A stretch of 32,000 bases of DNA, from positions 31,284 to 63,283 of the forward strand of contig JAZDEL010000008.1 in the NCBI GenBank assembly GCA_043808785.1, given 5' to 3'. Shown here in pieces: positions 15,197-20,541 of the stretch. Position 1 is the first letter of the stretch, and each line of letters begins with the position of its first letter. The DNA comes from Candidatus Iainarchaeum sp. (GTDB lineage Archaea; Iainarchaeota; Iainarchaeia; Iainarchaeales; JAZDEL01). The translations under genes and the position numbers were made by a program. The notes under the pieces were generated by a model that was given only the letters and a program-made list of their open reading frames with translations, did no database searches and was not told where the DNA came from.

Positions 15197-15206
15197 ATAT
15201 ATAACC
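15185..15206 (+). promoter_or_regulatory. TATA-box palindrome gggaagGGTTAAATATATAACC (second identical copy)
   Basis: Overlaps the PIN stop codon (15194-15196). A weaker related box, aaaggttaaaaac, at 15223-15235 lies 32-45 nt upstream of ATG 15268. Confidence 0.4.
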
Positions 15207-15267
15207 CGCTTCCTGCGCGGGGAAAGGTTAAAAACAAAGGAAGCGCAGGTATATTCGGGGTTCGGGA

Positions 15268-15465
15268 ATGCCTGCAAGGACAATGCGCGGAATAGTCCGC
15301 GGGTTCGGGTCAATAAGGCTTGACATATCGAATGTGGAAACAGCCGAGGAATTTGAAAGGCTGGAAACTGAACTTAACGACCCCGATGTCCTGAGCGAAG
15401 TCGGCGCGGAAAGCGTGCGCGTTTTGAGGGAACTGATGCTTGAAAGGCGCAGGGAAAAGGAATAG
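15268..15465 (+). CDS. small acidic protein, hypothetical
   Basis: 65-aa ORF (MPARTMRGIVRGFGSIRLDISNVETAEEFERLETELNDPDVLSEV...) with promoter-like boxes upstream. The long antisense ORF 15228..15647(-) is low-complexity. Confidence 0.4.
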   Translation: MPARTMRGIVRGFGSIRLDISNVETAEEFERLETELNDPDVLSEVGAESVRVLRELMLERRREKE

Positions 15466-15478
15466 GCACTGCGGGAAA

Positions 15479-15494
15479 GGTTAAATATAAAACC
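15479..15494 (+). promoter_or_regulatory. TATA box ggaaaGGTTAAATATAAAACC for the PGI gene
   Basis: Variant of the 22-mer above, centred about 40 nt upstream of ATG 15529. Confidence 0.5.
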
Positions 15495-15528
15495 ACAAAC
15501 AAACACAAACGCTTCGGGTTCGGTTCGG

Positions 15529-16314
15529 ATGCCTTCGGTTTTTGTCGATTTGCAGAAAATTTCAGGCTTGCCCCTGAAACTTGACAAAAAAACCAACCGC
15601 GCGGTTTTCGGTTCGGGTGCGAGGAAGGTTGACGCGGTTATACGCACGGGCGCGGAAATGAGGCAGGCGCTTGCTGATGCGGATTCTGTTGAGCCCGCAA
15701 AGGAGTGCTATTACATGTACCGCGGGGTTTGCATGGAGCACGATGCTTTGGAGATTGAAAGCGCGGGGCTGAGGTATGATATAACTGTTTTGCCCGCGCT
15801 CATGCTCGGAAAGGAGTTCAACAAAACCTTCGGGCATTTCCACCCGAAAGTCCCCGGCACTGCGATGAGTTACACCGAGGTTTATGAAGTGCTGCAGGGA
15901 AAGGCGCATTATATCCTGCAGAACCCTGCGTGCACGGAGTTTTTTGTTTTTGAAGCAAGCGCGGGGGAAAAGGTTGTTATCCCCCCTGGATACGGGCATG
16001 TTACAATAAACCCCTCCAAAACGGAAACTTTGGTTATGTCGGACTGGACTGCTGCGGGGTTCAAAAGTGATTACGGGGTTTTCAGGGAGAGGCACGGCGC
16101 AGCACAATATGAAACCGCCAAAGGATGGATAAAAAACAAAAAATACGCAAAAGTTCCGAAGATGCGCATGGTTAAGCCGCGCGAGGTTCCAGAGTTCGGG
16201 TTCAGGAAAGGGAAGCCGATGTATTCCCTCGTGCAGGAGGGGAAACTGGAACTGCTGGATTTTTTGAAGATGCCTGCGGATTATGCGAAGGTTTTTGAAA
16301 GGCTGCTGCGCTGA
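15529..16314 (+). CDS. pgiA: cupin-type glucose-6-phosphate isomerase (cPGI family)
   Basis: Both cPGI signatures are present: GHFHPKVPGTAMSYTEVY (GHxH-x11-ExY) and PPGYGHVTIN (PPxxxHxxxN). Confidence 0.85.
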   Translation: MPSVFVDLQKISGLPLKLDKKTNRAVFGSGARKVDAVIRTGAEMRQALADADSVEPAKECYYMYRGVCMEHDALEIESAGLRYDITVLPALMLGKEFNKTFGHFHPKVPGTAMSYTEVYEVLQGKAHYILQNPACTEFFVFEASAGEKVVIPPGYGHVTINPSKTETLVMSDWTAAGFKSDYGVFRERHGAAQYETAKGWIKNKKYAKVPKMRMVKPREVPEFGFRKGKPMYSLVQEGKLELLDFLKMPADYAKVFERLLR

Positions 16315-16341
16315 ACCGCGCGCCTGAGCGCACGGGCGCAA

Positions 16342-17340
16342 CTACTTCTTCACAGCAACGAGTTTGCACATTTCAACAAGCCTCTGCGAGTAGCCCATCT
16401 CGTTGTCGTACCATGCGAGGACTTTCACGAGTTTCCCGCCCGAGACGCGGGTCATTGTTGAATCAAAGATGCACGAATGCTTGTTCCCTATGATGTCCGT
16501 GCTAACGAGCGGCTCCTCGGAATACTGCAGGATGCCGTTAAGTTCCTTTTCAGAGGCGCGCCTCATTGCGAAATTTACCTGTGAAGCCGTGGCTTCCTCC
16601 TTGAGAAGAACGGTTAAGTCGGTGATGCTGCCGTCAGCAACGGGAACGCGGAGCGCGAGGCCGTCGAGTTTCCCTTTCATGGCGGGGAGGACGTTGCCTA
16701 TCGCGCTTGCGGCGCCGGTTGTTGTCGGCACAATGTTGATTGCGGCGCTCCTCGCGCGGCGCAGGTCGCGGTGCGGACCGTCAACCAAATTCTGGTCCGC
16801 GGTGTATGCGTGAACCGTGGTCATAAGGCCGCACTCGATGCCGAATGATTTCTCAAGAACCATTACAACTGGGGCGAGGGAATTTGTAGTGCATGAGGCG
16901 AGGTCGATTATTGTTTCACCGTTGTATGAGCCGCAGTTGACGCCGCGGACGAATTCGTTAACGCCCGTGCCTTTTGCAGGGGCGGTGATTATCACTTTCT
17001 TGGCGCCGGCAACAAGGTGCTTGCCAGCGCCCTCTTTGCTGCAGAAAACGCCCGTGCTTTCTATAACTACCTCGATTTTCATTTTTCCCCAGGGGAGCTT
17101 TTCTGGTTCCTTCTCGCTGAGGACGGAAATTTTCTTTCCCGAAACAATAAGCGAACTGCCCTCGTGCTTTACCTCAGCGGAAAATTTGCCGTGCACGGAA
17201 TCGTGCTTAAGGAGGTGCGCGAGCGTTGCGCTGTCGGTGAGGTCGTTCACTGCAATTATTTCAATTCCCTTCTCGCCAAAGGCGCACCTGAAAAAATTCC
17301 TGCCAATCCTGCCGAAGCCGTTAATTGCAACGCGAACCAT
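16342..17340 (-). CDS. gap: glyceraldehyde-3-phosphate dehydrogenase, class I (bacterial/eukaryal type)
   Basis: MVRVAINGFGRIGRNF at the N-terminus, active site ASCTTNSLAP, and WYDNEMGYS at the C-terminus. Start set at ATG 17340 (the track start is TTG 17346). TATA catttaaat at about 17375-17385. Confidence 0.95.
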   Translation of the reverse strand: MVRVAINGFGRIGRNFFRCAFGEKGIEIIAVNDLTDSATLAHLLKHDSVHGKFSAEVKHEGSSLIVSGKKISVLSEKEPEKLPWGKMKIEVVIESTGVFCSKEGAGKHLVAGAKKVIITAPAKGTGVNEFVRGVNCGSYNGETIIDLASCTTNSLAPVVMVLEKSFGIECGLMTTVHAYTADQNLVDGPHRDLRRARSAAINIVPTTTGAASAIGNVLPAMKGKLDGLALRVPVADGSITDLTVLLKEEATASQVNFAMRRASEKELNGILQYSEEPLVSTDIIGNKHSCIFDSTMTRVSGGKLVKVLAWYDNEMGYSQRLVEMCKLVAVKK

Positions 17341-17422
17341 GTGCAAACCTCCCTTGAGCCAATTAACCTAAATATGAAAAGCATTTAAATTTGGTTGTTT
17401 TCGGGCGCCCCGAAATTACGGG

Positions 17423-17794
17423 CTAGCCGTTCTGCAGTTTAATCCACTTTTTGTGCAAATCCTCTTTGCTAACCCTAATCTGCTCCAGTATCCCGAGCGC
17501 AGCATATGTGTCTTTAGTCCCATATATCTGCGCCAGCGACTTGTTTGACTCCCCTTCCTTCACCATTTCCATTATCTCCCTCAGGCGTGCCGCCCTCTTA
17601 AGCCCCTCCTTCCCATAAACCTTCTTTATGCTCCAGTCGCTTATTTCAGGGTTGTGCAGCACCATCTCGACACCCCAACCGTCCTCGGCCATGGCGGAGC
17701 GCATTTCCTTTACATAATGGCGCTGCCGCCAGCTTCCGCGCACCTTTGCGATTGCGCCGGAAATAAGCCGCTTCAAAAAGAAAGGCTTCTTCAT
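17423..17794 (-). CDS. hypothetical protein
   Basis: 123-aa frame followed on its strand by hairpin tttcggg/cccgaaa (17399-17416). No family recognised. Confidence 0.5.
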   Translation of the reverse strand: MKKPFFLKRLISGAIAKVRGSWRQRHYVKEMRSAMAEDGWGVEMVLHNPEISDWSIKKVYGKEGLKRAARLREIMEMVKEGESNKSLAQIYGTKDTYAALGILEQIRVSKEDLHKKWIKLQNG

Positions 17795-17848
17795 AATGAC
17801 TTTTCTCGCACGAAATATAAAAACCTGCGCAGGAATGCGAAAAACGGC

Positions 17849-18832
17849 TCACACGAACTGCTCGTAGTTCGTTGAATTAAACCTGTATAAAAATCTTCTT
17901 ATGCGCTGCCCGTTGAAAGTGTATTTCTGCAGCACCTCTTTCTTTTCCCCCGAAAATTCGGAAAATGCGTGGCTGCGCGAGGGGTCGAGGAGAGTGAACT
18001 TTCCCGCGCGTTCGTTAGCTGCTTGCCCGGCTCCCGCATGCCCTGTTCCTGCGTGCACGGTTCCGGCGCGCTCGGTTATGACAAACGCGTGAGTTGTGAG
18101 GTTCTCGAGCTCCGCAATCACGACCTCGGCGCTGGAGTCGCCGAGTGCGGAAAGCAGGGAGCAGAGGAAAATCGCAAGGTCCTCGTCATCGGCAATTTTG
18201 CCGCGCATTATTTCCTTGGGCGTGAGCCAGAAATTGATTTCCAAATCGCTTTCGACGTAATTGATGTCGCGCTGGAGGAAATCGAGGATGCGCGCAGCGG
18301 CCTGCGGATAGTGCTTTTCGAAGGAATAATCCGCGTGCCTGTATTCCTGCAGAAGGCTCTGGATTGTCAAATCTTTCTCATCCACAAGCGATTTCAACTC
18401 GCCGACGGTTTTTTTCTCGAATTCGTTTATCAGGTCGGAGTAGCGCGTGAGAAGGGTGCGGTAAAGCCTGGACCTCAAGTCCTGCACCTGCTCGTGCTGC
18501 TTCTCGTTTCCTGAAACGGAAATTGTCGCGCAGCCTTTGAGGGCGTTGCACTCCTTGAGCGCGCCCATGAGTTTCGCTTTTGTTACCGCAAGTTCCTTTT
18601 TCAGGCGCGTGTTCTCGCGCTCAAGGTCTATGTAAGCGGGCCCCTGCAGGGAAGCAAGGTTGTTCTTGAGGTTTGAAATCTGCTCGGATAATTGCTCCCT
18701 GCGCGCATCATCATGCTCGTCCCTAAGTTCGGATTCGAGTTCCTGTATGCTGCGCCATATTGCCTGCTCCGCCGATGTCTTGCGGAGTTTCTCTATAGGG
18801 AGGCTGGATTCGGCATTTTGCTGTGAATGCAT
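17849..18832 (-). CDS. coiled-coil protein with C-terminal transglutaminase-like (Cys-His-Asp) core
   Basis: Start moved to ATG 18832 (MHSQQNAESS...), because the upstream 159 codons of track ORF 17849..19309 run through intergenic repeats. The N-terminal ~150 aa are heptad-like. The C-terminus shows DLAIFLCSLLSALG (Cys codon complement of 18161-18163), THAFVI (His) and LLDPS (Asp), in the order and spacing of transglutaminase-fold proteins. The domain call is tentative. Confidence 0.5.
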   Translation of the reverse strand: MHSQQNAESSLPIEKLRKTSAEQAIWRSIQELESELRDEHDDARREQLSEQISNLKNNLASLQGPAYIDLERENTRLKKELAVTKAKLMGALKECNALKGCATISVSGNEKQHEQVQDLRSRLYRTLLTRYSDLINEFEKKTVGELKSLVDEKDLTIQSLLQEYRHADYSFEKHYPQAAARILDFLQRDINYVESDLEINFWLTPKEIMRGKIADDEDLAIFLCSLLSALGDSSAEVVIAELENLTTHAFVITERAGTVHAGTGHAGAGQAANERAGKFTLLDPSRSHAFSEFSGEKKEVLQKYTFNGQRIRRFLYRFNSTNYEQFV

Positions 18833-18940
18833 ACGAATATATTTATCTGGGCGGAAAGCCTCAAAAAAGGCACGGTTTTGGTTAGGCACGCAGGAATAAG
18901 CGAAAAAGCGCCTGGCTTCGGCAGGGTTCGGGAAACGGTT

Positions 18941-19043
18941 GCGAAAAAACAAAAAACGCGCGGGTTTTGCGCGGGCACGGGAAAACCGGGCATGGTTTGC
19001 CGGACGCGGGGCAAAAAACAAAAAACCGCCCGCGGTTTGCGAT
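18941..19043. repeat. two direct copies of the A6-C-A6-C + GC-hairpin motif
   Basis: gcgaaaaaacaaaaaacgcgcgggttttgcg (18941-) and ggcaaaaaacaaaaaaccgcccgcggtttgcg (19010-). On the minus strand each reads as a hairpin plus an oligo-T tract. Confidence 0.6.
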
Positions 19044-19072
19044 TTACGCGCGCGGGAAAACGAAAGGTAGGG

Positions 19073-19091
19073 TTTTATATTAATAAAAATT
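19073..19091 (+). promoter_or_regulatory. TATA box of the pilus operon (ttttatattaataaaaatt)
   Basis: Centred about 22 nt upstream of ATG 19104. Closely resembles the box at 19978-19995. Confidence 0.5.
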
Positions 19092-19103
19092 ACATATAGT
19101 GCC

Positions 19104-19541
19104 ATGGTTTCAGTTTTTGGAAAGGGGAATGGGCGAAAAGGGCAGGTGGCGATAGAGTACATACTCATGAGCGCGTTCCTTCTGCTGGTCGTGGGCGTGC
19201 TGTTCGTGCACTCATATACGCAGTATGACAGGACAATGAAGATCGAGATGACGCAGCATGCCGTGGATTCGCTTGGCGAGGCTGCGGACCAGGCGTATGC
19301 GCTCGGCACAGGAAGCGTGCTTTTTGTCGATATGGACCTGCCTTACGGAATCGAGGGCTACACGGTTACGCAGAAGAACATCACATTAAAGTTGAACCTA
19401 ATAGGGGTGCAGGACACGGTATTTACGAGGACTGTTGCCGACCTGAATATGTTTTCCGCAATTCCAACATCCCCGACAAGGCACAGGATGAGGGTCAGCA
19501 TGGGGGCGACCAACATAACGCTGCAGGAGGTCTTCGACTGA
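19104..19541 (+). CDS. pilin-like protein with class III signal peptide
   Basis: MVSVFGKGNGRKG|QVAIEYILMSAFLLLVVGVLFV: basic residue, then Gly, then Q-x-x-x-E-Y and a hydrophobic helix. Confidence 0.75.
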   Translation: MVSVFGKGNGRKGQVAIEYILMSAFLLLVVGVLFVHSYTQYDRTMKIEMTQHAVDSLGEAADQAYALGTGSVLFVDMDLPYGIEGYTVTQKNITLKLNLIGVQDTVFTRTVADLNMFSAIPTSPTRHRMRVSMGATNITLQEVFD

Positions 19542-19581
19542 ACTGCAGCCAGCCAAATCGCTTCGGGGGGGTGTTGCCGGC

Positions 19582-19941
19582 ATGCGTAGAGGACAGGCTT
19601 CCATCGAGATCCTGATGGCTGTGGGGCTTATAATCATAATATTCATCTTTGTGAGCTGGTTTGTCTCAACAAGGGCGGCGGATACGGAATTCGTACACAC
19701 GCAGTACGAGAACCAGCGCGTGTGCGAAAGGCTGGCATCCATAATTTCTTCCGTTTACGCGGCAAAGTCCGGGACTGAGATAAAGACCACTATAGAGAGC
19801 AATGCCCAAATAGTGAACAACAGCATACACATAGGGCAGTATGCCTGCGACTTCGTCGGCAAGGCAAACCCTGCAACCCTGGCTGCGGGGCCGATAAGTG
19901 CGCGCAATCAGGGCGGAATCGTGATTTTGCAAAACCCGTGA
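19582..19941 (+). CDS. pilin-like protein with class III signal peptide
   Basis: MRRG|QASIEILMAVGLIIIIFIFVSWFV. RBS-like GGGGGGTG lies upstream. Confidence 0.75.
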   Translation: MRRGQASIEILMAVGLIIIIFIFVSWFVSTRAADTEFVHTQYENQRVCERLASIISSVYAAKSGTEIKTTIESNAQIVNNSIHIGQYACDFVGKANPATLAAGPISARNQGGIVILQNP

Positions 19942-19977
19942 TCCTGCAAAACATATGATGTTAGCCGAAAACGAGCC

Positions 19978-19995
19978 ATATATTAAATAAAAAAT
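19978..19995 (+). promoter_or_regulatory. internal TATA-like box (atatattaaataaaaaat)
   Basis: Lies 13-30 nt upstream of ATG 20008. Shares ATATTAA(A)TAAAAA with the box at 19073-19091. Confidence 0.35.
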
Positions 19996-20007
19996 GCAGA
20001 AGGCGTT

Positions 20008-20541
20008 ATGATGGATGTTGCTTTTCCAGGGAAATCCCCTGCGTGCGGAGTAAGGGGGCAGATTGCGGCAATAGACTTCCTGTTCGGGCTTTTCATATTC
20101 CTGCTCATAGTTGCGTGGCTGCTCAGCGTGTGGACAAACAACATGGAGGTCGCGATAGGCGAGCAGAATTTCGATGAGATGAGGATGAAGGGCTTCCAGA
20201 TCATGGACGTGCTTGTAAGGACGCCAGGCACGCCCGAGAACTGGGAGGGCACGGGCATCACAAACATAAGCACGATAGGGCTGGCATACAAGGACAGGGT
20301 TGTGGATGCCAACAAGCTCGCGAAGTTCATATGGCTCGGCGATATCGCGCACGAATATGCAAAAACAAAGGAGATATTCGGGATTGTGCCTTACGATTAC
20401 GAATTCACGCTTGACGGCATCGAGGACTTCAACACCGGCAAGCCCATAGAGGGCGCACCCATAGTTATCTCGATGGAGAGAACAGTGCTGTATCTGGGGA
20501 GCGATGCAAATGCGAAGATTGCCATTTACTGGGAAGAGTAG
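20008..20541 (+). CDS. pilin-like protein with class III-like signal peptide
   Basis: ...GVRG|QIAAIDFLFGLFIFLLIVAWLLSVW followed by a roughly 135-aa soluble domain. Confidence 0.7.
   Translation: MMDVAFPGKSPACGVRGQIAAIDFLFGLFIFLLIVAWLLSVWTNNMEVAIGEQNFDEMRMKGFQIMDVLVRTPGTPENWEGTGITNISTIGLAYKDRVVDANKLAKFIWLGDIAHEYAKTKEIFGIVPYDYEFTLDGIEDFNTGKPIEGAPIVISMERTVLYLGSDANAKIAIYWEE

Noticed and set aside
15228-15647. 139-aa minus-strand ORF spanning the PIN-to-PGI intergenic region.
   Set aside because: It crosses two TATA elements and the start of the PGI gene. Its translation is Ser/Leu/Phe-rich and low-complexity. The plus-strand 65-aa ORF plus the promoters explain the region better.
18833-19309. 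N-terminal 159 codons of track ORF 17849..19309(-).
   Set aside because: This stretch runs through the intergenic repeat and hairpin region and across the pilus-operon TATA box and start codon. Its translation is junk-like (FLFFAPRPANHARFSRARAKPARFLFF). The ORF was trimmed to ATG 18832.
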